Positions 1-13,100 of a DNA stretch of 64,000 nt are shown here, piece after piece (position 1 is the stretch's first letter; each line of letters opens with the position of its first letter). The position numbers were made by a program, and so were the translations under genes. Origin of the DNA: Octopus vulgaris (taxonomy: Eukaryota); contig OX597819.1 of assembly GCA_951406725.2 (NCBI GenBank), positions 59,830,001-59,894,000 on the forward strand, read 5' to 3'. The notes beneath the pieces were generated by a model. That model worked only from the letters and a program-made list of their open reading frames with translations. It was not told where the DNA came from and searched no databases.

Positions 1-413
1 TTTGTGTATATATATGTGTGTGTGTGTTTGTGTATGTATATATATATATATATGTGTGTGTGTATGTATGTATATATATGTATGTATATGTATATATATA
101 TAGTGTGTGTGTGTGTATGTATGTATGTATATATATATATATAGTGTGTGTGTGTATATGTATGTATGTATATGTATGTATATATATATATGTATGTATG
201 TATATATGTATGTATGTATATATATATACACTCTCTGTGTATCTTTCTGTTGAAGAGCGTAGGCTCGAAACGTTAAAGACTTGTTTTATTTATATTTCCT
301 GAGCGCCATACTAATACAATTGTTCGTTTGTTTTCCACCTGCCTTCGTCTTTTGTTTATTTTCATAAAGCTTCCCGTTATATATATATGTATGTATGTAT
401 ATATGTATGTATG

Positions 414-444
<31 letters not shown>

Positions 445-492
445 ATATATATATATATGTATGTATGTATACTCTACGTTTATATATATATG
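1..492. repeat. compound (TA)n/(TG)n/(TATG)n microsatellite with an embedded 140-bp element
   Basis: Direct reading. Confidence 0.95.
242..279 (+). ncRNA. type I hammerhead-ribozyme-like motif (minimal, Penelope-type, variant core)
   Basis: Stem I TCTTT/AAAGA; core CTGTTGA-A; stem II GAGC-gtag-GCTC; GAAA; palindromic ACGT stem III; putative GUU site. Confidence 0.6.
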
Positions 493-723
493 TCATAATT
501 CAAAACTAACGCAGCCAAAATTTTGAAAAGTTCCCCAGTTCTGAAAAATCGATAAATTCGACATGGGGTCGAGAATCAAAAACAAACCACAGACTGTCTG
601 GGGACGCAACTCCATCCTTTTAATTCTCAAAAAATTTACCATATTTTTTCCATTTTTGCTATAACTCTAAAAATGCTTTATAGTTATAAAACCTATATAC
701 TGCTATATATATATATATATAAC

Positions 724-901
724 AATTGCAGCGTGGAAGGTGTTTATGAGCCATTTAAGAAACACACAAAACCGTTAGATTCACTTCAACATTTAAATTT
801 AATTTGAAAATATTTTGAAAAATTAAATTTAAATGTTGAAGTGAATCTAACGGTTTTGTGTGTTTCTTAAATGGCTTATAAACACCTTCCACGCTGCAAT
901 T
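724..901. repeat. 82-bp inverted repeat (1 mismatch), 14-nt loop
   Basis: 724-805 is the reverse complement of 820-901. Confidence 0.95.
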
Positions 902-1338
902 ATTTTCGTTCCAGCACATGATCTCAGATCAAGTCACTTGCTATGCAAGTACATCTTCGTAATATATATATAATACATGATCAAAACATCAGCTTATGAT
1001 GAGCAGTCCATATTGGAACTTCAAAGAAAGAATTTCTAATGACAAATAGAGATATGTGTCATGGGAAAGACACTCCAAATGAGTGATCTAACCAGTTAGA
1101 TTACTAACACACCAAGCCCATCTCTTTCTCTCAAACATTGACCTAATAAAGCTATGCACTACATATATCTGAAATATAATTTCTGTGGAATCTTTTTCCA
1201 GTAATGTTGCTGTAATTTAGTATTTGCATCTCTTTCTCATACTTAGGATCTTCATTTGCATAGCAGCACTATCCTGATTTTTTTTTTTTTTTGTAAAATT
1301 TTCTCTATTTTAACCAATACTGTCATTCCTTTCATAAA

Positions 1339-1339
<1 letters not shown>

Positions 1340-1411
<72 letters not shown>

Positions 1412-1422
1412 GTTGTTGTTGT
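1340..1422. repeat. (ATT)n/(GTT)n microsatellite
   Basis: Direct reading. Confidence 0.95.
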
Positions 1423-1784
1423 TAAGGTGGCAAGCTAGCAAAATTGTTAGCATGCCTTGCACAATACAAAACATAATTTCGTCTGGGTTTTTTTTTTCTA
1501 GGTTCAGACATCACCAGAGTAGACTTTCCTCTTTGATCCTTTTGGATCAGTCAAGTATTGGGGGTCGATGTAATCAAGTAGACCCCTTCCCCAATATTTC
1601 AGGCCTTGTGCCTATAATAGAAAGGATTATTATTATTATTATTATTGAAGATGTCACACAGTATCCAATTTTATGATGTTTGTAGATTTATGGAAGTACC
1701 AGTGTAATACTGGGGTTGATGTAATTGACTAGTCCCCTCTCTCCAAATTTCAAGCCTTGTCCTTTTTGTAGAAATGATTGTCCG

Positions 1785-2010
1785 GCAAGCTAACAGAATC
1801 GTTAGCAAGCTGGCGAAATGCTTAGCAGTATTTCGTCTGCCGTTACATTCTGGGTTCAAATTCCACCGAGGTTGACTTTGCCTTTCATCCTTTTGGGATT
1901 GATTAAATAAGTACCAGTTATGCACTGGGGTTAATGTAATCGACTTAATCCCTTTGTCTGTCCTTGTTTGTCCTCTCTGCTTAGCCCCCCCACCCCCCAC
2001 CGTGGGTAAT
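1785..2010 (+). mobile_element. tRNA-derived SINE, family B (GGCGAGCTGGCAGAATCGTTAGC... with GACTTTGCCTTTCATCC core)
   Basis: B-box-like GGTTCAAATTCC and shared core. Further copies near 1425-1625, 7320-7470(-), 8310-8520, 10670-10880(-), 26912-27280, 27320-27535, 31930-32140, 55772-55935, 55982-56185, 58860-59050(-), 59090-59300. Usually adjacent to (ATT)n. Confidence 0.85.
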
Positions 2011-2499
2011 AAAGAAATTATTACGAAATTGTTTTAAACGTATCTATGTGTATATTATGCTTTGTTTAACATGAACACAGTTGGAATAAATTTAGTGAAT
2101 GGATTGTATATTTTATTCAATAATTATCTCAGCAGTGCTATTGCATAGACTCCCCCCTCTCCCGTTTAGCTCCTGTACAGGAAATATAACAGCAAGCTAG
2201 CTGAGACCATCTCAACTTCATTTTTTAAGACACACTGTTTCTAGGAATACATTAACCAATCTTCTGCCTTTTAAGAATGAGGTATATGGGTGATTTAGTT
2301 GATATTTCTTGTGGGTCAAGTGACCACATAAGAGGCTTTTCTATTTTAAGCTGACATAAGTTATTGTTTCTATAGAAGTGAAACAACCCAATCAGTAGGC
2401 TATTGACTTATTGACTGGGAATCCATATCCATCAGTATGTCTGTATTTATTGGGAATATATATTGTATATTGTTGAAATTAGACTGCAAGTTTTTCTTT

Positions 2500-2890
2500 G
2501 TTTTTGTATTTGGTTTGCAAGATTGTTGATAGGAATTTGTGTGTTGAAATTATCTTGTTTGTTTTGGGACGGTCATTACGCCAATAATGATAACACATGC
2601 ACTGGTTCTATATCACTTCTTTATTATTAGTCATTTGGTTAAAATCAACTAAGAAACAAGACTCAGGGGTAGACCTTGAAGAGAGAGGGCAAGTCATTGA
2701 AGAGGTTGTGAATAATGATGAAAGTACTTTGATTAATTAACAACTGATTGATTTTTAACCAGCACATTAAACAAATGATCAATTTGTTGGTTGGTTGTAT
2801 ATTTAACTAATTGACTAACAATAAAGAAATAATATTGAACCAGTGCATGTGTTGGTATTGGAGTAATGATCGTCCCAAAACAACAAAAAT
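2500..2890. mobile_element. degenerate inverted repeat of a dispersed element (probable Penelope-like tail)
   Basis: About 2555-2644 is inverted against about 2800-2888; the same unit recurs at 28320-28450. Confidence 0.5.
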
Positions 2891-4000
2891 AATCATTGAA
2901 AATTTTTTGAGGATTAATCAAGGATTGGACAAAAATAGATTTGTTACTGTTAAAAATTGTGGATGTAAGTGCAGATGATGGTCTGTGTGTATTGGCTGAG
3001 AGTTACCAGTCATGGGTCCAAAAGTAGAAAGCAGTTTGAATCAGCTGAATGTTTATGAATGATAAACGTAAGCAAACATTTGAGGTAACAGACAAGCTTT
3101 ATTAGTATGACATGAGCAATGTAGGTCCAAATCAAAGTGAGTATATACTGTACAATGGTCAGAACACCCTGGTTATCAATCAATAAAGAGGCATTGATTT
3201 GAGTCACAACAGATAAATCGCTGAATCATTTGCATTTGTACTTAATTTTTAAGATTTCTGATCTCAACAGACTGGTCACCTATCTAGAGTAAGAGTCACT
3301 TCTCATTAATTTAATGCTAAAAGGTTTGTTGCTATTATTCAATGAGGAACCTCTTTGTAGTCTCTCAACTTCCTAGAAATAGCAGACAAATTACCATGTC
3401 ATCTTATGAAAGAATAGATAAATTAAATAATAAATATATTATGTTATCATAAATAACATCATGCCTGAGGGGGAAAAAAAAGGACCAAAAAAAAAATAAG
3501 GATAGGATGGTTATGGCTGGATCATAGGTTTACTAAAATTGGGCTAACTTAGGGCTAGCTGATGTATGTTATTCTTAGGTATTCTGGTTGCAGAAAATGA
3601 CCAGTGAACAACTTTGAGGTGACCTTTTCCATTTGACCAATAAAATAGTGGGAAGATAATAGCCACAGCATGCTTTCTAGGCACTGTACAAGACATCCAG
3701 AACTGTCTACTCACTAGATTATCATCTTAAAACACATTCATATGAAAATTAACCATTGGCATCCTGTCAGAACCATGGTCATGACCCTCATGGTGGACTG
3801 CTAGAAAACTGTGGACACTTATGGTCAAATGGTATATGCTGCACATCTGTTATTATGCCCCAATGTGTGGGCAAATTTTAGTCGATAGATGATGGCTATG
3901 AAGCTAGAGTAAAACAACAGTTATAGTAAGTCTGAAGTTAAGCACCAACTTCATGATGCCATAGTTTGTAAAAATGTATCATTTATCATTCTTGTTTCAG

Positions 4001-4122
4001 GTTTGGAAACTGATCCATATGATGAGAAGACATTAGGACGTAAAGTTAAACTTCTGTGTCGACTTGGAAAATTTGATGCTGCTTTATCATTTGCAACACA
4101 GTGGGCAGAAATCATTCCTAAT
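4001..4122 (+). CDS. HELZ: HELZ exon 1 in window (TPR-like helices); begins mid-codon, upstream exon not in window
   Basis: cttgtttcag acceptor, gtaagt donor; [40 protein letters not shown]. Confidence 0.8.
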
Positions 4123-7100
4123 GTAAGTGTTACTTATGGTTCCCTATGTCAATGAGGAACTATTCTTTAACTCTTTTGTTACCATATTTCTGTTGGAGAA
4201 AAAAAAACACCTTTTCTATTAATTTTTAAAATAATGAAGAATTTAGTAAAATAACTTTGTTATTATTAATTTGATGTTTGAAATATAAATTAACATAAAA
4301 TTTTGGTGGAAGATTAGATCACTTAAGAATAAGAAGTTTGTATCTTAGTGCTACAGGCAGTGTCAGGTAGGTTGGTATCAGAAAAGTTAAATGTTCACTT
4401 TTCTATATTTTCTTGAATTTCATTTGAAAATATATTTTGCTCTTGAGATTTTAATGGGACACATTTTCATTATGTGACCTAGTGGGTTCACAACCTAAAC
4501 TCATAAAAGGATCCTCTGTCTGTTTCAACATGGAATGTCCCAGTTCTTTGCTCATCTGAACTGCCACCTACTCCTTGAATTAATTTGTCTCATCATCCTT
4601 TGATGTGGTTGAACAACTAATTCCAACCAGTCAGGATTCACTGGATGGGTTGTATTATTCATCCTTTCAATTACTGAATACAAAATGTGGCTTGTGAGAC
4701 CTCTGCATGGTTTCTCTGAGTTACCATCACACCCTTGTACGCTAGTTTGTTGCAAGGTTACCCATTTACAGCTGAGTGAACTGGTGTAACATGAAATGAA
4801 GTGTTTTGCTCAAGAACTCAATGCACAGCTAGTCTGGGAATCAAAACCATGACCTCGTAATTGTAAGTGCAACATTTTAACCACTAGACCATGTGCCTTC
4901 ACAAAGCTTGTAAGTGACTCAGTATTCAACAGACATTTGTACCCTTAATGTAATTGTTTGGTAGAATCAACATGATCCAGAAGAGTTAAAATCAAAATTG
5001 TTCAAAAACCAATACACTGTAAAATGAAATATAGGAAGTGGAAATAGAGATATGAAGATTAAACAACAGCTTGCATTTTACCTGTATTTCATTGTGAATT
5101 GTACTGACTTGCATAAACACAGGACTATGGGTACACACACACACACATGCAGAATATTTCTCTCATTAGTTGTTACTTTTTGTTTTTGTGACAATGTTGC
5201 TAGAATAAATAGACACATCTATATAAATATATAAATAGATATTTTTTATTTATTGCAATTGTGTATGAATTTTAATAAATCTTTTTTACGTCCTTTCAAG
5301 TTCAACTTTACCTTTCGTTGTTCTGGGATCATTAAAATATAAAATATAATACTAATCAGGAACTGGAGTTGATCTTGACTTTACCCTTCCCCAAAATTGC
5401 AGTTTTCCTCTCCTATGTTAAAAATCAAAATCAGTATATATATATATGGATGGTAAAGAAACTCTTTTTACAATGATATTTAAACATCTATTTCTCTAAA
5501 TTCTCTTCTCCTCCTGTTTTTCCAGAGTACAAAAGCTTCAGTAGAACTTAACAGAATCAAGAATGTAATTGTAGCGTTGCAGGAACAGGTGAGTTGTAGA
5601 ATTTCATCTCTTTTACTGTTTTACTCTTTTCCTTGTCTCAGTCATTTGACTGTGGCCATGCTGGAGCACTGCCTTTATTATTATTTATTCTATTTCATTT
5701 TTATTTTACAACTATTTCATCAACTGTTTGTAACTATTTTTATTGTATTGCATCATCTAGGCACTCCCTCACTCCTATTTCCTGTTTGATAGTGAAACTA
5801 ACTTAATGTTAGTTTCACTATCATAGGTAGTTATTAACTGTAGTTATTCATAGGTAGTTATTAAATGTTTTTCTTTACACTACGTATATTTCAAAGGCAT
5901 AATTTTATCAGTTGAATCTATTTTAGCTTGCTGCTTGTTCGTATTGTATCAATCTTGAAGGAATAAAATGCTAAATTAGCCCTGATATGATTTAAAATCT
6001 GGATAGAATGATGTAAGAGTTTTGGGATTGCATTCTATTATTTCTACTAACTTGCAGACTCTTGCAGATTAGTATTCATAATTTTGTGATCCAATATCCT
6101 TGTAAATTAGAGTGAAGTACGTTGAAGACTTCGTCTCTTCTTGGGTTATTTCATCAATTGTAAGCATTGATATTTATTGATATTTCTGCTCAAACTTGTC
6201 TTTTTATATGGTTTTGATGTTTATAGATTTCATCATTGCTATTTTTACTGATTACTTATGATAAAATTTAGCTATAAATTGATTCAGAATTGGATATTGC
6301 ATCATTATCATTTTTTGACATCTGTTTTCCTTGTTGGCATGGGTTAGATGGTTTGACAGGATCCAACTTGAAAGACTGCGTCATGCTTCGATGTCAGTTG
6401 CTTAAGCATAGTTTTTATAACTGGATGCCCTTCCTAATGCCAATCACTTTATAACTGCTTTCTGCAAAAAAAAACAAAAACATGTTCTACTTTATATATG
6501 TATTTTAAATATTTTTTTACCAGGATATTGATGATGATTATGAAGTTTATGACAACACCATGAATGCCAACTTAGAATCCCATCTTAAAAGACTCTCCCC
6601 TGAAGGGGAAGAGAGAAAGGACTCCTTTCACAGTCCTCAGTCTTCAACCTTATGTTTACCCACTGGAGATGGAAATCGATTATTGGATTCTACTAACAAT
6701 GTTTCTACAAATTCCCATGGTCCCTATAACCATGCAGAAGGTAAAATAATTGATTGAATTATATTGTTATAAGAAAAAAGCAAAATATGTTGTAGAGAAA
6801 TTTGTTATTCTAAATTCAATTTATTCTTCAATTGGGATAGAATTTATTTTTCAGTTGGGAAATCAATTCATAATATAAAAGAATAATAATAATAATAAAT
6901 CATGAAGAATTTTTATCATATGCACAGCATCGTTCTAGCAGAAGTTTAGATTGATGTTCATTGACAAATGCAGCCAAGTCTGTGATATCATAATTTGTCT
7001 CTCTCTTATTATGTTCTTCAAGTTAAATCACTAATTCGACAGTTTGTTTTTGGCAGTCGAGAACCAGACTCTTGTAAATTTTTGCCTCCTATGGTCAAAA

Positions 7101-10100
7101 CTTGATCTTCAGTTTCAATCTGTGCTTGGTTAAAAATTGTTTCAGAGAACTGAATACTGATATCTGGGTTTACCCATTGAACTGCATATTTTAAGTCCTC
7201 TGACATGTCCTCACAATGTTTCATCCAAAGCTGTAGGGGACTGCCAAGTTGACACATGTTAATTGTATAATTGCTAAAAGGTTACAGAGTTCCCTACTGC
7301 AAATCATTTTATCCAATGCTCTAACAATCCTGCTAAAACCTTGATCTGGATTGGTATTTTATTTTATTGTCCTAGGAAGGCTGAAGGGCAAAGTTGGCTT
7401 GGGTAAGATTTGAACTCAGAATGTAAAGAGTCAGAATAAATACTTATTAAACATTTTGTTTGATATTGTAAACAATTCTGTAAATTCATTGCATAAATAT
7501 GTTTATATTTTTACTTTTTTAAATTCCTCAACACATAAAGGTAAATGGTCTGTTTTTTCTGTAAGCCATGTTTCTGCATCCTCTGAAAATAATTTCTTAT
7601 TTTATTGTTATGTTGACCCCCCCACCCATGACTATTAACTGTTCTATAATTTGCTTTTTTTCCCCCCTTTTTATAGATACGATTCAGTCTTCCAGAAATG
7701 TTTCTGAAGAATTTGGTTATTGGTGTAAAATTTGTGATTTGGAGTTTAAAAAGAGATCAGACTTAGAAAACCATTGGCTCTGTGATGTTCACAGAAAACA
7801 AGTCAATGGAGGGGAAAATATTACCTTGGAATGTAGTTTTTGTGAACTTGTGTTCCGAAATCAAGCAGAACTGGAAATTCACTGTAGAGGAGATCTACAT
7901 AAAAAAAGGATTACCTCTGATGATAGCTGTGACTGGTTGTATCGAGCACCTCCTAGAGGTTTGCGAGCAGAAGAATATACCATGTGTGTTCGGTAAGAAT
8001 GCTTTAATTTTTGGATCTTCTCACCACCACCATTTTTCTGTTCTCAGCAATCAATCTTCTTGTTTTGTTTTAGTGATAGAACTTAATTGTTAAAATAAGA
8101 ATTTTCCTTACACTTGAAATGACAATATTATGACCAGGTAAATTAGCTCCACAAAGCCTTATGTAAAAAAAAACCCCAAGACAATCAAAAATTAATTAAC
8201 CTTTGCTGTCATTATTAACATTTTTGTCCTATTTTTAAAGAAATATAGTAATGTACTACTTATGTGTTTCAATTAATTTCAAAAGTAGCCAATATTTTGG
8301 ATGGATAAGACAGTGAGCTGGCAGAATCATTAGCATGCTGGACGAAATGCTTAGTGGTATTTCGTCCGTCTTCATGCTCTGTGTTCAAATTCCACCCAGG
8401 TCGACTTTGACTTTCATCCTTTCAGGGTCAATAAAATAAGTATCAGTTGAGTACTGGAGATGATGTAATCAATTACCTCCTCCCCCGAAATTGCTGGCCT
8501 TGTGCCAAAATTTGAAATCAATATTTTGGATGGGTTTTAGTAAAGTAACTCACTTTTTCGTTTGTGGTGTTTGGTACCTAACTTAATAAAAGATACTTTT
8601 ATAAAATGTTGATTCAAGGTTTTTAATTTAAAATTTAAAAAAAGATCCACTTTAAAATGCCAAGTTTTTGTATCATAGAACCAGAGGTGGTCTCAGGCAA
8701 TTTCGTATTGGAAAGTTGAAAGGTTGGTTATCTTCTTCTCAATACTGTGATGCTTGTCAGGTAACGATGGTTCTGTTACCTGATCTCAAGGAGATCAGGT
8801 AAGCAAACAAGGAACCACAGTTTTCACAAGGGGCACATTGCAACTCTCTAATGATTTTATTAGCTTGTTGTTCTACTATTTATAGATAACTAGCAGAATA
8901 ACCTGGCTTTGCCCAGGATTAAGTTAGGATTATTAAGCTAATCAAGTTCTTTATTTCAAACCAAACTAAGTAACATCGATGTCAAATTCGGGTGAAATCC
9001 ATTGAAATTGGTTTATATATATATATGGGCAGCACACACACACACACGTATGTACGTACACCTATTACATACATGTTTTTTGTACGCATACATGTTCATG
9101 TGTGTGTGTGTGTGTGTTGCCCGTCTATCAACAAAACATCTTTTTCCTTGATGGCAAAAAAAACAACAGTCTTAACAAAAACTTACTCGTCGCTAGAAGG
9201 GGACTTAACTCCTGTTTGCAAGCAATGGTGATTTCTCCGATTTGAAAATTGTTAAAAGTTTTGGTTGAAAATTTATTTCTACTACTATTTGCTGGTGGCT
9301 CTGGCAAAAATAAGTTGATGAAAATACAGCTAGGGTCATAACGAATGTCCTCCTAAAATTGGAGAGACATGCATGCTAATTTGTGGACGTGCATAAATTA
9401 CATTCACGTAAACACACACACACACTTCCTGCCTTTTATATATATAGATAGCAGTGAAGCTGTCCAAATCAGATCAATTGCAAGTCATCATTGTTGATAT
9501 CCTGATGACAGATGCACGTGATAAGAGGAAAGGTTTCAATCTCTATCTATATATACAGAAACCAATTTTCAAGACAAAGTTGGATTATAGAGTGTACTTC
9601 GAGAGCAGAGATAGGTTAGAAACAGAGGACAAGAGATTTGTGTCTCAAACAATATTCCTTTGGTTTATTTACCAGTAGGTAAACCAGCAGGAAGTGATGA
9701 ATAGATCAAAGTTTACAAATGTTTGGGATGAGAAGGAAGAATTGTCTTGTGAATTAGCTTTGTAATTTAAGGGTTTAAGGGTTTGGATGAGGGGAAAGAG
9801 AAAAGGAATCCATGATTCTGAGTTCCATCTAACCACTAATTTGATTCAATTGGCTTACAGCTAAGCCTCTTAAAAAACAGACCTGTTAGGAGTATCGTTT
9901 ATGTAATGATTTGGCAGAAGATACAGGATATGCACCAGCAAAGGTGGCAGCATCCCAAAGTGTTTTCCATGGCTTCAAACTCCTTGTTCTACCTAGCTGC
10001 AGGGTTTATTTATTTATTTTTATTTGCTGTTGTTTGGGAAACCTTTTCTTTCGGCACCCTCTGATAAACAGTGATGCTATGCAAGTGAAGATGCAGTCAG

Positions 10101-13100
10101 GAGCAATGTGTTGAGAGACCATGATATTCTCACTGATGAATACTGTGGATGTTCTGAACTCAGCTAAAAAAATGCTTGTTCCAATATACAAATAAGAAAA
10201 TAAACCATTTATTGTTTTGCAAAAGCTAGCCTAGCTATAATTCAATTAATATATGCACTTAGATTAAAATAGTGGTGTGTATAAAACCAGTAATTTAATA
10301 TTTTAACCAGTGTATATGATTGTGGAATGATACTATTACTGGATTTGAAGAGATGAAAAGAAAATGGAGGAGATGGGTTTTAAAGTACCCCCCCCACACT
10401 CACACACTGACTGATAAACATCCTACACAACCACTTTACAACTGCCTCTTCATTCTTATTTGAAAAGCACCATTCCATTCTAATCATTTTGATTATCCAT
10501 TTTATTTATGCATACACACTACCCATTTAGCCTGCACACATCGAACATATTCTCATTTCTTATCTCACTTGTCTTGATAAAACACACACATATTTGCACA
10601 GTGGGGTCTTTATATACAGGTATAATCCATTCCAGAGCCCTGTTTCTTACCAAATTGTTTATTATATGAGTTTCAAATTTGGTACAAGTCCTGCAATTTC
10701 AGGGGGTGGGGGCAAGTCAATTATCTTGACTTCAGTGTTCAACTGGTACTTATTTTATTGACCCCAAAAGGATGAAAGGCAAAGTTGACCTTGGTGAGAT
10801 TTGAACTTGGAATGTAAAGAGTGACAAAAGGCCATTGTGCATTTTGCCTGATGTGCTAATGATTCTGCTTGCTTGCTGCCTTAATTAGATGAGTAATTGA
10901 AATACATATAAATAGGGGTGATCTGTTCTGAACCACACCCAAACGCAACGTATAGATGTGAAATGAGGTTTTATTTGTCCATCTATCAATAGGAAATACA
11001 TAAATATATATGTATATATGTGTTTGTTTTTTTCCTTTGTCTTACTTGTGTGAATCCATGGTTTTTAGCAAAAATATAAGAAATATTATTTTCTATATAA
11101 AATGTAAACATTTGCGAGTTACATGAGATGTATACATGGACATTGATGAACCTTTTGTAGATGCACTTCTGTACTGAGAACCATTTGTATACATACCTCA
11201 CTGTACATAGATATGCTGTCACACATATACAGTAGAAGTCTTGTACATCATCTTCTTTGACTGAAAAAAAATATATTTCTGGCTGAGAAATATCATGTCA
11301 CCCTAACTACTTCTACAATCAATTTTATTCCTGTCACATAAGGTTTTCATGATAAAGCATTACTTCCACAGAACTTTCTTTCATTTTTCTTTTCTTCGTT
11401 GCTTTTTCTTGGCAAAGAGCAACTGTGCAAAACATGAAACTCACTTCTGTTTCTTCCTTAAAATAAGTTGACTTGTACTTCTTTTGTTTTTTGTTATTTT
11501 TGTTCCAGTAAGAGTACACAATGAAATATATTCTTCAATATTCTCTAATGGCTTCCTAAAAGTAGTTGATAGCATCTGTTACCTAGATGACCTAATTTGC
11601 AGTAAAGGTGGGTGATATGACAGCATAGTTGTCAGGGTAAGGAAGTGGAAAATTTGAGGAGCTGTTAGTTCTTCTAGTAACAAAGGGTTTCTCTCTCTGT
11701 GTGAGGAGCAGATTGTATGCTAGTTGTATACAAAGTAAGATGTTTTGAGGTAATGAGATGTGGAACTTGAATGCAAAAGATTTCAAAAGGCTGGAAAGAA
11801 ATGAGGCATGTTTCACTGGATATATAATATTAGTGTGGATGGATGATATAAGAGAAGTGGAGGCTGACCATGGTGGTGCTTTTATGGTAATGGTGCTTTT
11901 GGGTTTGCTGTATAAGCTCGTATATAGTTGGGTGTGGGGAAAATTCAAGGGCATACATCATAGCCAGTGCTAAGTCAAAATGATAACATAACCAATCATT
12001 AAAATATTGAATGTTTAAATAAATGCCAGACTGACATAAATACTAGAGTCACTATAATGACTCAAATAAATAAATAAAACACCCTGAAGGCCGTTCCCCA
12101 TCATGATCACAGTTCAATGATTGACACCAGGGAAAGAATGAAAGACTAAAATCAGTGATGATAAAACATAAGTAAAATGTGCTGTGGACAGATGAGGCAC
12201 AGGTGAAGCCCATTTTCAGTTCAGTGGTGTGGTCAGTACTTGAAATCATTGCATGTGGTCCTCTAGTAATTCTCAGTTTTATGAGCAACTCTTGTGATCA
12301 CCAAAAATAACTGTTTGTATAGGTTTTACCAAAAATTACATATTGAAACCCTCCTTTTTTTTCTCTCTCTTTCTCTCTAAAGGATCTTATCAGAATATCA
12401 TATACTGTTGTCATTGAAGAACATAATTGCTCCATGCTTCTCATCTTGCTGTTCCCAAATTAAAAAGAGTAAGGTGTTTCAGTCATAGTTTTTCAGCAGG
12501 ATTGAGCCATTCCTGATATGTTAAATCAAAAAAAAATTCTCTTTTTGTATAGGTAATGAAAGTTGAGTATAGTTATGGCAGAGATTGAACTGCATACAGT
12601 TTACTTTTGCAAATTATATCCTAGAGAAAACCTACTGAAGTTGAGGATCATCAAACCTGACTGATTAGGCCATCCAATTCGATCGATCAATTTGTCTTCT
12701 CTGCCCACTAACCCTGGAAAGATCTTGGAGGAAGAATCTTCAGGCACCTCCTCCATAGGATTCCATCAGAAAAAACCTGTCGTTAGACTTTCCAGCTGGA
12801 TTGGCAAGCTTGACCAACTGAGACCATAGATGTCATCCAGCCATCTTGTTCTTGGCCTATCCCTAAGTCTCCTGCTGGTTGACACAGCCTGAAAAATCCA
12901 CCTTGTGATTCTTTCTTGTGACATTCTAATGACATGTCCATAGTGCCAGAGCTGTAACCATTCTATGCACAGAAGAAGTGACCTGAAGTGGAGAGACTCC
13001 CTAATCTCCAAGTTATGCACTTTGTCAAATAAAGTTATCCCCAAGATCCTTCAGAGAAACCCCATTTTGGCGCTGTGTACTCACAATTGTACCCTTTTTT

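Noticed and set aside
18-302. ORFs rich in Y/I/V/C or poly-I/L/N (also 1256, 43230-43632, 44032, 62978-63299)
   Set aside because: Translations of microsatellites
3579-3618. AG...GT segment as an upstream HELZ exon
   Set aside because: Weak sites and no recognisable peptide; the true upstream exon probably lies outside the window
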